In this document: one piece after another, positions 17,006 to 25,408 of the stretch | Position numbering within the stretch: position 1 is the first letter of the stretch | Layout of the letters: each line of letters opens with the position of its first letter | IMG/VR virus record: IMGVR_UViG_2734482775_000005 | Strand: one strand, 5' to 3' | DNA length: 25,408 nt | Origin: a virus | Taxonomy: Duplodnaviria; Heunggongvirae; Uroviricota; Caudoviricetes | The notes under the pieces: generated by a model | Told to the model about the DNA's origin: nothing | Database searches by the model: none | The model's input: only the letters and a program-made list of their open reading frames with translations | Translations under genes and position numbers: made by a program

Positions 17006-17656
17006 ATGAGCCTGAGTCCCGCACGGCAGCATCGCCTGCGCGTTCAGGCTGAACAGGCCGCCCGCGAGGGCGGCAGTGTTCGCCACGCATCGGGCTATGA
17101 CCTGATGCTGCTGCAACTGGCGGAAGACCGCCGCCGTCTCAAGGGCGTTCAGTCCACGGTCAAAAAAGCGGAAATCAAGGTGGAGCTGCTGCCGAAGTAC
17201 GCCGCCTGGGCAGAGGGTGTCCTGGCTGCCGGAGGCGCTCAACAGGATGACGTGCTGATGTACGTGATGCTGTGGCGCATTGATGCCGGAGATTATGCCG
17301 GGGCGCTGGAGATCGGGCGTCATGCCCTGCGTCATGGCTGGGTGATGCCGCTGGGTAACCGCAACGTGCAGACCGTGCTGGCAGAGGAAATGGCAGACGC
17401 CGCGCAGAGCGCAATGCTTGCCGCCACCGGCTTTGATGCCGATCTGTTGTTGCAGACGCTGGAGCTGACAGACGGTCTGGATATGCCGGACCAGTCACGG
17501 GCGCGTCTGCATAAAGCGATTGGCGCTGTCCTGAGTGAAAGCAATCCGGCTTCCGCCCTTAATCATCTCAACCATGCGTTACAGCTTGATCCCCGCTGTG
17601 GCGTGAAAAAAGACAAACAGCAGCTGGAGCGCAGACTGCGCAATGACAGCCGCTGA
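17006..17656 (+). CDS. M: Terminase small/endonuclease subunit, P2 gpM-like
   Basis: 216 aa; resembles P2 M (…DDVLMYVMLWRIDAGDYAGALEIGRHALRHG…). Confidence 0.85.
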   Translation: MSLSPARQHRLRVQAEQAAREGGSVRHASGYDLMLLQLAEDRRRLKGVQSTVKKAEIKVELLPKYAAWAEGVLAAGGAQQDDVLMYVMLWRIDAGDYAGALEIGRHALRHGWVMPLGNRNVQTVLAEEMADAAQSAMLAATGFDADLLLQTLELTDGLDMPDQSRARLHKAIGAVLSESNPASALNHLNHALQLDPRCGVKKDKQQLERRLRNDSR

Positions 17657-17751
17657 CAGAACGTGCCCCCGCGCACGGGCGGCACGGGGTGGCGAAAGGC
17701 ACTGCCACATCAAAACCCCGTCCACCGCCCTCTATTTCAGGAGAAAGCAGC

Positions 17752-18216
17752 ATGAAGTTTGTTGCGCCAGAACAGGCACCGGAACAGGCGGAAATCATCA
17801 GAAATACGCCGTTCTGGCCTGATGTGGACCTGTCGGAGTTTCGCAGTGTCATGCGCACTGACGGCACGGTGACGCAGCCGCGTTTAAAGCAGGTTGCGCT
17901 GTCGGCAATTTCGGAGGTCAACGCAGAGCTGTATGAGTTTCGCAGACGTCAGCAGATGCTGGGGTATGTGTCGCTGGCTGAGGTTCCGGCGGAACAGCTG
18001 GACGGCAAAAGTGAGCGCATTCAGCACTATTTCAACGCGGTTTACTGCTGGGCACGCGCCATGCTCAACGAACGATACCAGGACTATGACGCCACGGCAT
18101 CCGGTGTGAAGCGAGGCGAGGAACTGGCGGAATCCAGCGGTGATTTGTGGCGTGACGCCCGCTGGGCTATCAGCCGGGTGCAGGATGCGCCGCACTGCAC
18201 AGTGGAGCTTATCTGA
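17752..18216 (+). CDS. L: Head completion/stabilisation protein, P2 gpL-like
   Basis: ATG 17752 with AGGAGAAAG RBS (track ORF begins at an upstream GTG); ATGA overlap with X. Confidence 0.8.
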   Translation: MKFVAPEQAPEQAEIIRNTPFWPDVDLSEFRSVMRTDGTVTQPRLKQVALSAISEVNAELYEFRRRQQMLGYVSLAEVPAEQLDGKSERIQHYFNAVYCWARAMLNERYQDYDATASGVKRGEELAESSGDLWRDARWAISRVQDAPHCTVELI

Positions 18217-18419
18217 TGAAAGTGCGTGCGCATCAGTATGACACGGTGGACGCGCTTTGCTGGCGTCATTACGGGCGCACGCAGGGTGTCACGGAGCAGG
18301 TACTGAAGGCAAATCCGGGGCTTGCCGAATATGGCCCCTTTTTACCTCACGGGCTGCAGGTGGAGCTGCCGGACATTCCGACCACCACCACCGTGCAGAC
18401 CGTCCAGCTATGGGACTGA
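18216..18419 (+). CDS. X: Tail protein X, P2 gpX-like
   Basis: 67 aa; conserved position between L and the lysis cassette. Confidence 0.8.
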   Translation: MKVRAHQYDTVDALCWRHYGRTQGVTEQVLKANPGLAEYGPFLPHGLQVELPDIPTTTTVQTVQLWD

Positions 18420-18422
18420 ATT

Positions 18423-18638
18423 ATGACGCTTGAGCGAATCAGCGCCTTTATCACGTACTGCATCGCCGTTGTGCTGGCCTGGCTGGGCGATTTGTCCATC
18501 AAGGATGCCTCAACGCTGGGCGGCCTGATGATTGGTGTGCTGATGCTGGCTATCAACTGGTACTACAAACACAAAGCCTACCAGCTTCTGCGCGACGGGC
18601 AGATCTCGCGGGAGGACTATGAATCCATCAATCGTTAA
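18423..18638 (+). CDS. Holin
   Basis: 71 aa with two hydrophobic helices and a charged C-terminus; first gene of the lysis cassette, overlapping the endolysin start. Confidence 0.7.
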   Translation: MTLERISAFITYCIAVVLAWLGDLSIKDASTLGGLMIGVLMLAINWYYKHKAYQLLRDGQISREDYESINR

Positions 18639-19131
18639 ACGCTGCCTTGTCGGGGCCGTGCTGGCTATTGCTGCCACGCTGCCGGGGTTTCAGCAGCTTC
18701 ACACCTCCGTGGAGGGGCTGAAACTGATTGCCGATTACGAAGGCTGTCGTCTGCAGCCGTATCAGTGCAGCGCGGGCGTCTGGACCGACGGCATTGGTAA
18801 CACGTCAGGCGTCATTCCCGGCAAAACCATTACGGAACGACAGGCAGCAGAAGGACTGATTTCCAACGTGCTGCGTGTGGAGCGGGCGCTGGAAAGGTGT
18901 GTGAAACAACAGCCGCCGCAGAAGGTATATGACGCTGCGGTGTCGTTTGCCTTCAACGTGGGAACGGGCAATGCCTGCAGTTCCACGCTGGTGAAATTAC
19001 TCAATCAGCGGCGCTGGGCGGATGCGTGCCGACAGTTGCCGCGCTGGGTTTATGTGAAAGGTGTGTTTAATCAGGGGCTGGATAACCGCCGTGCGCGGGA
19101 GATGGCCTGGTGTTTACAGGGAGCAAACTGA
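18619..19131 (+). CDS. K: Endolysin (phage lysozyme), P2 gpK-like
   Basis: 170 aa; lysozyme-like EGCRLQPYQCSAGVWTDGIGNT; GGGAGG RBS. Confidence 0.85.
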   Translation: MNPSIVKRCLVGAVLAIAATLPGFQQLHTSVEGLKLIADYEGCRLQPYQCSAGVWTDGIGNTSGVIPGKTITERQAAEGLISNVLRVERALERCVKQQPPQKVYDAAVSFAFNVGTGNACSSTLVKLLNQRRWADACRQLPRWVYVKGVFNQGLDNRRAREMAWCLQGAN

Positions 19132-19132
19132 A

Positions 19133-19510
19133 ATGAAAAAGAAGTTAATCAGCGGGCTGTTTCTGATGTTATGGATGGCGCTGTTAATCGCAGCAATGGT
19201 GTATCCGCAGGGGATTTTTCCGGTACTGGCAGCGTCCGGCGTTTGGGTAGCCTGTTTACTGACATGGGCGGTAATTCCGGTAGCACTGGCTGCGTTAATT
19301 AAGAACGGCCCGCTCTGGCAGGAGTTGAGGGCATCTTTGCTTAAGACCATTACCCGAAAAGAAAACGTATTTATCAGCTGGGTGATGCGATTGCTGATTG
19401 TCGTAAGTCTCGCCTGGACGGGGTGGGCTATTACTCTGGTCTTTTATCTGCTGACCGCTATTGCCTTCTGGATCACCCGTAATCAGATGGCGCAACAGGT
19501 AGCAGCATGA
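19133..19510 (+). CDS. lysA: LysA-like multi-pass membrane lysis accessory protein
   Basis: ATG 19133 with AGGGAG RBS; several hydrophobic helices; position as P2 lysA. Confidence 0.6.
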   Translation: MKKKLISGLFLMLWMALLIAAMVYPQGIFPVLAASGVWVACLLTWAVIPVALAALIKNGPLWQELRASLLKTITRKENVFISWVMRLLIVVSLAWTGWAITLVFYLLTAIAFWITRNQMAQQVAA

Positions 19511-19935
19511 ACCGGTTGCTGCTGGTTATGCTGGCGTTATTACTGGCGGCGCTGGGCTGGCAGACGTGGCGGCTGGCTGATGCCAGCCAGACCATCAGCA
19601 CGCAGGCAGACGAGCTGCAGCGCCAAAGCCAGGCACTGGCAAAGAGCAACAGCCAGCTTATCAGCCTGTCCATTCTGACTGAAACCAATAACCGGGAGCA
19701 GGCGCGGCTCTATGCCGACGCAGAACAGACCAGCGCACTGCTGAGACAACGACAACGCCGGATGGAGGAACTGAAACGTGAGAACGAGGATTTACGCCGC
19801 TGGGCTGATACTCCTTTGCCTGCTGACATTATCCGGCTGCGGGAACGTCCGGCACTCACCGGAGGTGCAGCTTACCGTCAGTGGTTGTCCGCGAGTGACG
19901 CCGTGTCGGCTGGATCAGGCAACGCCGCGCACTAA
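19507..19935 (+). CDS. lysB: LysB (Rz-like inner-membrane spanin)
   Basis: N-terminal transmembrane helix LLLVMLALLLAALGW then coiled coil; ATGA overlap with lysA. Confidence 0.7.
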   Translation: MNRLLLVMLALLLAALGWQTWRLADASQTISTQADELQRQSQALAKSNSQLISLSILTETNNREQARLYADAEQTSALLRQRQRRMEELKRENEDLRRWADTPLPADIIRLRERPALTGGAAYRQWLSASDAVSAGSGNAAH

Positions 19936-20068
19936 TGGTGATCTGAACGCGTTGCTGGATGAAACGGAGGCTGCCTGGGCGGTCTGTGCAGACAAAGTGG
20001 ACATGATTATTGCGTGTCAGGAGCGAAACAGTGAACAAACCACAATCCCTGCGCCACGCCCTCAATAA
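19778..20068 (+). CDS. lysC: LysC (Rz1-like outer-membrane lipoprotein spanin), overlapping lysB out of frame
   Basis: GTG start with GGAGG RBS; lipobox LLTLSGC; embedded in and extending beyond the 3' end of lysB. Confidence 0.65.
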   Translation: MRTRIYAAGLILLCLLTLSGCGNVRHSPEVQLTVSGCPRVTPCRLDQATPRTNGDLNALLDETEAAWAVCADKVDMIIACQERNSEQTTIPAPRPQ

Positions 20069-20462
20069 AGCGGTGCCTTATGTCCGCAATAACCCGGACA
20101 AACTGCATCTGTTTGTGGATAACGGTTCGCTGGTTGCCACGGGGGCCAGCTCCATGTCGTGGGAGTACCGTTACACCCTGAACGCGGTGATTGAGGATTT
20201 CAGTGGCGACCAGAATCTGCTGATAGCTCCGGTTTTGCTGTGGCTGAGGGATAACCAGCCCGATGCCATCAATAACCCGGCGTTACGGGAAAAACTATTC
20301 ACCTTTGAGGTGGATATTCTGCGCAACGATGTCTGTGATATCAGCCTGAACCTGCAACTGACGGAGCGTGTGCTGGTCAGCACTGACGGCAGTGTGTCGA
20401 GCGTTGAAGCTGTAGCGGAACCTGATGAACCTGAAGAAATGTGGACGGTGAAACGTGGCTGA
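20031..20462 (+). CDS. R: Tail completion protein R, P2 gpR-like
   Basis: GTG 20031 with AGGAG RBS 7 nt upstream (track ORF begins at TTG 20010); N-terminus NKPQSLRHAL resembles P2 R as I recall it. Confidence 0.75.
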   Translation: MNKPQSLRHALNKAVPYVRNNPDKLHLFVDNGSLVATGASSMSWEYRYTLNAVIEDFSGDQNLLIAPVLLWLRDNQPDAINNPALREKLFTFEVDILRNDVCDISLNLQLTERVLVSTDGSVSSVEAVAEPDEPEEMWTVKRG

Positions 20463-20901
20463 ACTGCAGAAAGTGGACGACTGGCTGAGTGCCTTGCTGG
20501 CGAATCTGGAGCCAGCCGCCAGAAGTCGCATGATGCGCCAGCTGGCGCAGGAACTGCGCCGGGCACAGCAGCAGAACATCAGGATGCAGCGCAATCCAGA
20601 TGGCAGCAGTTATGAACCGCGACGGGTAACAGCACGCAGTAAAAAAGGCCGTATCAAACGTCAGATGTTTGCAAAGCTGCGCACCACAAAATACCTGAAA
20701 ACTTCCGCCAGCGCCGACTCTGCCAGCGTGCAGTTTGAAGGCAAGGTGCAGCGCATTGCCCGCGTTCACCATTACGGCCTGCGTGATCGCGTCAGTCGCA
20801 AAGGACCGGAGGTCCGTTACGCAGAGCGTCGCCTTCTGGGTGTAAATGATGATGTTGAGGCAATGACCCGCGACATGATTCTGCAATGGCTGGCGGGGTG
20901 A
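20455..20901 (+). CDS. S: Tail completion protein S, P2 gpS-like
   Basis: 148 aa; GTG start overlapping R stop. Confidence 0.8.
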   Translation: MAELQKVDDWLSALLANLEPAARSRMMRQLAQELRRAQQQNIRMQRNPDGSSYEPRRVTARSKKGRIKRQMFAKLRTTKYLKTSASADSASVQFEGKVQRIARVHHYGLRDRVSRKGPEVRYAERRLLGVNDDVEAMTRDMILQWLAG

Positions 20902-20905
20902 TCTT

Positions 20906-20923
20906 TGTATCAGCACTGATACA
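20906..20923 (+). promoter_or_regulatory. Late-promoter activator site (TGT-N12-ACA dyad) upstream of V
   Basis: TGTatcagcactgatACA in the S-V intergenic region; a second CAGCACTG copy lies 19 bp downstream. Confidence 0.45.
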
Positions 20924-20969
20924 AGTTGCAGCACTGCCGCCTTTCTTCCCCTGATGGCAACCTTTCCCT

Positions 20970-21548
20970 ATGAACGCACAATTAACCGAAATCATGCGCC
21001 TTATCACCAACCTGATCCGCACAGGGGTAGTCACCGAAGTGGACAGGGAAAACTGGCTTTGCCGGGTGAAAACGGGCGAGCTTGAAACCAACTGGATCAG
21101 CTGGCTGACGCTGCGTGCCGGGAATGCCCGTACATGGTGGCGACCATCGGAAGGTGAGCAGGTGGTGCTGCTGAGTCTGGGCGGCAATCTGGAAACCGCC
21201 TTTGCGCTGCCCGCTGTCTATTCGAATCAGTTCGCACCACCGTCGACGTCGGCGGACGCCTGCGTGACAGAACATCCTGACGGTGGCTGGTTTGAATACG
21301 AACCCGCCACCGGGCGCTGGTATGTCAGGGGCATCAAATCAATGGTCATTGAGGCTGCTGACAACATCACCATGAAAACCAGTGAGTTTGTACTGGAGGC
21401 TGACCGCACGCGCATTAACAGCGAAGTGGTGATCAATGGTGGCGTTACCCAGGGCGGCGGAGCGATGAGTTCTAACGGGATCGTGGTTGATGCGCATCAG
21501 CATACTGGCGTCCTGAAAGGCGGCGATACAACCGGAGGCCCGGTATGA
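20970..21548 (+). CDS. V: Baseplate spike/assembly protein V, P2 gpV-like
   Basis: 192 aa; first gene of the tail/baseplate operon. Confidence 0.85.
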   Translation: MNAQLTEIMRLITNLIRTGVVTEVDRENWLCRVKTGELETNWISWLTLRAGNARTWWRPSEGEQVVLLSLGGNLETAFALPAVYSNQFAPPSTSADACVTEHPDGGWFEYEPATGRWYVRGIKSMVIEAADNITMKTSEFVLEADRTRINSEVVINGGVTQGGGAMSSNGIVVDAHQHTGVLKGGDTTGGPV

Positions 21549-21904
21549 CGCTTTATAGCGGGATGAACAATACCAGCGGCAAAGTCATTACTGATATTGA
21601 TCATCTGCGCCAGTCGGTGCGGGACATTCTGCTGACACCGCAGGGTAGCCGTATTGCCCGCCGGGAATATGGTTCCCTGCTGTCGGCACTGATAGATCAG
21701 CCACAAAATCCGGCATTACGCCTGCAGGTCATGTCGGCAGTGTATGTGGCGCTGAGTCGCTGGGAGCCACGGTTGACGCTGGATTCCATCACCATCAACA
21801 GCAATTTTGACGGTTCAATGGTGGTGGAGCTGACCGGGCGGCGGAATAACGGTGTGCCTGTGTCCCTTTCCGTATCAACAGGAGCAGAGAATGGCAGTGA
21901 TTGA
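21545..21904 (+). CDS. W: Baseplate assembly protein W (gp25-like), P2 gpW-like
   Basis: 119 aa; ATGA overlap with V. Confidence 0.85.
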   Translation: MTLYSGMNNTSGKVITDIDHLRQSVRDILLTPQGSRIARREYGSLLSALIDQPQNPALRLQVMSAVYVALSRWEPRLTLDSITINSNFDGSMVVELTGRRNNGVPVSLSVSTGAENGSD

Positions 21905-22799
21905 CCTTTCGCAGTTGCCTGCACCGCAGATTGTGGATGTGCCGGACTTTGAGACGCTGCTTGCCGAACGCAAGGCAGAATTTGTGGCGCTTCATCCGAA
22001 AGATGAGCAGGAAGCAGTGATCCGCACGCTGGAACTGGAATCTGAACCCGCCACTAAATTGTTGCAGGAGAACGCTTACCGTGAGTTGCTTCTGCGCCAG
22101 CGTATTAACGAAGCCGCGCAGGCGGTGATGGTGGCTTACGCGATGGGCGGCGATCTTGACCAGCTCGCTGCCAACTACAACGTGACACGCCTGACGGTGA
22201 CGCCTGCTGATAATGATGCTGTGCCGCCCGTTGCAGCTGTGATGGAAAGCGATGAAGCGTTGCGCCTGCGTGTGCCTGCAGCCTTTGAAGGGCTTTCTGT
22301 TGCGGGGCCAACTGCAGCTTATGAATTTCATGCCCGAAGCGCCGACGGTCGGGTGGCGGATGCCAGTGCAACCAGCCCGGCACCTGCAGAGGTGGTGCTG
22401 ACTGTCCTTAGCCGCGAAGGCGATGGAACTGCAGAAAAAGACCTGCTGGACGTGGTGGAAAAAGCTCTGAACAGTGAGAACGTCCGCCCGGTGGCTGACC
22501 GTCTGACGGTTCGCAGCGCAGAAATCATCCCGTATCGCGTGGAAGCCACCATTTTTCTCTATCCGGGACCGGAAGCTGAGCCGGTAATGGCAGCGGCAAA
22601 AGCCAGTCTGCAGAAGTACATTGCCAGCCAGACGAGGCTTGGTCGGGATATTCGCCGTAGCGCCATCTTTGCTGCTCTGCATGTTGAGGGTGTTCAACGT
22701 GTGGAACTGGCTTCTCCGCTGGCGGATGTGGTCCTGAACAAAACACAGGCGGCATCATGTACGCAGTGGAGCGTAACCAACGGAGGAACGGATGAATAG
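21891..22799 (+). CDS. J: Baseplate assembly protein J, P2 gpJ-like
   Basis: 302 aa from ATG 21891 with AGGAG RBS; overlaps W stop. Confidence 0.85.
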   Translation: MAVIDLSQLPAPQIVDVPDFETLLAERKAEFVALHPKDEQEAVIRTLELESEPATKLLQENAYRELLLRQRINEAAQAVMVAYAMGGDLDQLAANYNVTRLTVTPADNDAVPPVAAVMESDEALRLRVPAAFEGLSVAGPTAAYEFHARSADGRVADASATSPAPAEVVLTVLSREGDGTAEKDLLDVVEKALNSENVRPVADRLTVRSAEIIPYRVEATIFLYPGPEAEPVMAAAKASLQKYIASQTRLGRDIRRSAIFAALHVEGVQRVELASPLADVVLNKTQAASCTQWSVTNGGTDE

Positions 22800-23397
22800 T
22801 CTGCTGCCACCGGGTTCAACGCCACTGGAGCGCCGACTGGCGCAAACCTGTAGCGGGATTTCTGATCTGCAGGTGCCGCTGCGTGACTTGTGGAATCCGG
22901 CTACCTGTCCGGTCAGCTTCCTGCCTTATCTCGCCTGGGCGTTCTCTGTGGATCGCTGGGACGAGGGCTGGACAGAAAGCGTCAAACGCCAGGTAGTGAA
23001 GGATGCTTTTTATATTCATCAGCATAAAGGAACCACCAGTGCCGTGCGGCGGGTGGTGGAACCGTTCGGATTCCTGATCCGCATTATTGAGTGGTGGCAG
23101 ACCGGAGAAACACCGGGCACGTTTCGCCTGGATATCGGCGTGCAGGACCAGGGCATCACTGAAGATACCTATCTGGAACTTGAGCGACTGATAAGCGATG
23201 CCAAACCATGTAGCCGTCACATGATCGGCATGTCCATCAATCTGCAGACCAGCGGCCCGCATTGGGTGGGAGCCGCCAGCTATCTTGGCGAAGAAATCAC
23301 GATCTATCCGTATATCAACGAAACGATTATTTCCGGTGGCACCGCGCATGAAGGCGGGGCGGTCCATGTTATTGACACAATGAGAGTGAATCCATGA
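22792..23397 (+). CDS. I: Baseplate/tail protein I, P2 gpI-like
   Basis: 201 aa; overlaps J stop and H start. Confidence 0.85.
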   Translation: MNSLLPPGSTPLERRLAQTCSGISDLQVPLRDLWNPATCPVSFLPYLAWAFSVDRWDEGWTESVKRQVVKDAFYIHQHKGTTSAVRRVVEPFGFLIRIIEWWQTGETPGTFRLDIGVQDQGITEDTYLELERLISDAKPCSRHMIGMSINLQTSGPHWVGAASYLGEEITIYPYINETIISGGTAHEGGAVHVIDTMRVNP

Positions 23398-24569
23398 GCA
23401 CAAAATTTTATACCCTGCTGACGGATATTGGCGCGGCGAAACTTGCCAGCGCCGCCGCGCTCGGTGTGCCGCTAAAAATTACCCATATGGCGGTGGGCGA
23501 TGGCGGTGGAGTATTGCCAACGCCGGACGCAAAGCAGACGGCACTGGTAAATGAGAAACGCCGGGCTGCGCTGAATATGCTTTATATCGACCCGCAGAAC
23601 AGCAGCCAGATTATTGCCGAACAGGTGATCCCTGAAAACGAGGGCGGTTGGTGGATACGTGAAGTGGGCTTGTTTGATGAGTCCGGGGCATTGATTGCCG
23701 TGGGCAACTGCCCGGAAAGCTATAAGCCGCAACTGGCTGAAGGTAGCGGGCGCACTCAGACCGTGCGCATGGTGCTGATTACCAGCAGTACGGACAATAT
23801 CACCCTGAAAATCGACCCTGCTGTAGTGCTGGCAACCCGCAAGTATGTGGATGACAAGGCACTGGAGCTGAAGGTGTACGCGGATGATCAGATGGCAAAA
23901 CATCTTGCCGCACCGGACCCGCATTCACAGTACGCGCCAAAAGCCAGCCCGACATTTACCGGAACCCCCAAAGCGCCAACGCCAGCGGCGGGGAATAATA
24001 CCACGCAGGTTGCGACCACTGCGTTTGTACAGGCGGCACTGACGGCCCTTATTAATGGTGCGCCAGCCACGCTGGACACGCTGAAAGAAATAGCCGCTGC
24101 CATTAATAATGACCCGAACTTTGCCACGACAATGCTTAATGCGCTGGCAGGTAAACAACCGCTGGACGATACGCTGACTAATTTGAGTGGAAAGGATGTA
24201 GCTGGTCTTCTCGCATACCTTGGTTTGGGAACGGCATCGAAAAGGAATGTCGGGACGGGGGCAAATCAGATACCGGACATGTCCGCCTTCGCGTCAGGAT
24301 CTGGGTATCAAAAACTACCGGGAGGATACATTTTGCAGTGGGGATCTGCGAGTGCAGGTAACTCAGCATCAACGGGAATATCTAATACGTTCCCAATTCC
24401 ATTCCCGTCAGGGATTATCATCATTACGACCGGGCAGATTGACCCCTCTTATACTTCAGCACAACAGCCAGCAGCAGTCGGTATTTCGTCGCCCACTCTC
24501 ACTGGGTTTATTGCGAAGTCAACCGCAGCTAACACGGATGCTTTTAACTATTTAGCGATTGGGTACTGA
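23394..24569 (+). CDS. H: Tail fibre protein H: conserved N-terminal part plus short, AT-richer C-terminal receptor-binding part
   Basis: 391 aa; N-terminus MSTKFYTLLTDIGAAKLA typical of P2/Mu-type tail fibres; shorter than P2 H as I recall it; composition shifts near 24230. Confidence 0.8.
   Translation: MSTKFYTLLTDIGAAKLASAAALGVPLKITHMAVGDGGGVLPTPDAKQTALVNEKRRAALNMLYIDPQNSSQIIAEQVIPENEGGWWIREVGLFDESGALIAVGNCPESYKPQLAEGSGRTQTVRMVLITSSTDNITLKIDPAVVLATRKYVDDKALELKVYADDQMAKHLAAPDPHSQYAPKASPTFTGTPKAPTPAAGNNTTQVATTAFVQAALTALINGAPATLDTLKEIAAAINNDPNFATTMLNALAGKQPLDDTLTNLSGKDVAGLLAYLGLGTASKRNVGTGANQIPDMSAFASGSGYQKLPGGYILQWGSASAGNSASTGISNTFPIPFPSGIIIITTGQIDPSYTSAQQPAAVGISSPTLTGFIAKSTAANTDAFNYLAIGY
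24208..24233. other. Candidate 26-bp DNA-invertase crossover site (gix/hix/cix-like) inside H
   Basis: TTCTCGCATACCTTGGTTTGGGAACG matches about 15 of 26 positions of recalled hixL/gixL sites, including the ACC..GGTTT core; lies at the constant/variable junction of H. Confidence 0.4.
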
Positions 24570-24570
24570 C

Positions 24571-25005
24571 ATGGGAAATTATATTTTTAGTCCATCAAAA
24601 AATGCTTTCTATCCGTTTGAGCTAAAAACTTCATACGAAGCAACAGACTCATGGCCGGAGGATGGAGTTGATGTAGAAGATTCTATTTTTATAGAGTTCA
24701 CAGGAATTCCACCTGAGGGAATGATTCGTGGGGTTAGCGATAAAAATATGCCAGTCTGGGTTATGTGCCCTGAACCTACACAAGATGAGTTAATTGCAAA
24801 TGCTGAAGCAAAAAAACAATACCTTATTGAACAAGCGAACAATTACATCAATAGTAAGCAGTGGCCCGGCAAAGCCGCTTTAGGTCGCCTGAAAGACGTG
24901 GAAAAAGGGCAATATAATCTGTGGCTGGATTATCTCGATGCGCTGGAGGCCGTAGACACCTCCGGCGCACCAGATATTAACTGGCCTGAGTCGCCGGAGG
25001 CGTAG
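24571..25005 (+). CDS. Tail fibre assembly protein (Tfa/G-like chaperone)
   Basis: 144 aa from ATG 24571; N-terminal YIFSPSKNAFY is the classic Tfa signature. Confidence 0.8.
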   Translation: MGNYIFSPSKNAFYPFELKTSYEATDSWPEDGVDVEDSIFIEFTGIPPEGMIRGVSDKNMPVWVMCPEPTQDELIANAEAKKQYLIEQANNYINSKQWPGKAALGRLKDVEKGQYNLWLDYLDALEAVDTSGAPDINWPESPEA

Positions 25006-25408
25006 GCCATTCCGGGTCTGCTGTTTCAACACGCATCAGCAGCACCCGGTATTTTTTCCATTCAGTAAGCGCGGCGGTTTCAACTTCCGTCGCGATGCCT
25101 ACATCAACGGCATCCTGTCGCCATGCTATTTCTGAATCTGCAATAACGCGCAGGGCTGCTTTTTTGTCTTCATTTGCAGCAATTATGTCTTCTTGAGTTG
25201 GTGCTGGTATATCTGTCCATGCCGGAAGGCCGTCATCACCTGCTATTCTCATCTTTCCTTTTTCAGCAGGCGTCTGAATAAAGTTAAATACAATATCATC
25301 GCTAACTTCCACTGAATCCTCAGGCCACGCCCCTGATTTAAGGTATTCAGATCTTAAATCAGAAAGATAAAACTCATTTTTGGAAGGACTATAAAAAAAC
25401 TTATCCAT
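24977..25408 (-). CDS. Second tail fibre assembly protein on the opposite strand (alternative Tfa of an invertible segment)
   Basis: 143 aa; FFYSPSKNEFY N-terminus and C-terminal EWKKYRVLLMRVE; convergent with and overlapping the forward Tfa by 29 bp; start codon at the window edge. Confidence 0.7.
   Translation of the reverse strand: MDKFFYSPSKNEFYLSDLRSEYLKSGAWPEDSVEVSDDIVFNFIQTPAEKGKMRIAGDDGLPAWTDIPAPTQEDIIAANEDKKAALRVIADSEIAWRQDAVDVGIATEVETAALTEWKKYRVLLMRVETADPEWPTPPATQAS

Larger units (their letters stand above)
1..25408. mobile_element. P2-like prophage (partial): integrase, immunity region, replication, cargo loci, head/lysis/tail genes
   Basis: Colinear P2-type gene order (int ... 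A ... Q P | O N M L X Y K lysA lysB lysC R S V W J I H G); recognisable portal, terminase, capsid, baseplate and tail fibre proteins in the ORF track. Confidence 0.9.

Noticed and set aside
17657-17751. GC-rich imperfect hairpin (about 17662-17686) between M and L as an intrinsic terminator
   Set aside because: The stem is imperfect with a bulge and is not followed by a U-tract; M and L are expected to be co-transcribed. It may be an RNA structure but not a terminator.
1-25408. CRISPR arrays, tRNA or rRNA genes
   Set aside because: No regular repeat-spacer periodicity and no cloverleaf-compatible or rRNA-like segment recognised by eye. Any tRNA at the attachment site would lie left of position 1, outside the window.

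Overview
The window is one continuous stretch of a P2-like (Peduovirus-type) temperate prophage of an enterobacterium, running from the integrase stop codon (position 1) into an invertible-type tail-fibre locus that is cut off at the right edge. All calls are from reading the sequence and ORF track by eye; no searches were run, and non-CDS coordinates may be off by 1-2 bp. Gene order: int (-), a membrane-anchored coiled-coil protein with a T5orf172/GIY-YIG-like C-terminal domain (-), a CI-type repressor (-), then rightward early genes (Apl/Cox-like, CII-like, small ORFs, TraR/DksA zinc finger, Dam methylase, replication endonuclease A), a LexA-boxed operon (small ORF + DinI-like), a tightly packed three-gene cargo operon (9789-12104), and the convergent late module Q-P (-) / O-N-M-L-X-holin-K-lysA-lysB-lysC-R-S-V-W-J-I-H-G (+). 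The immunity and SOS region looks phage-186-like while the structural backbone is P2-like. The most interesting candidate is the three-gene operon sitting where P2 carries tin/old, a known defence hotspot; none of its three proteins could be assigned a known function. A second cargo gene (the DUF4041-like/T5orf172 protein between int and cI) is also a defence candidate. No rRNA, tRNA or CRISPR array was recognised.
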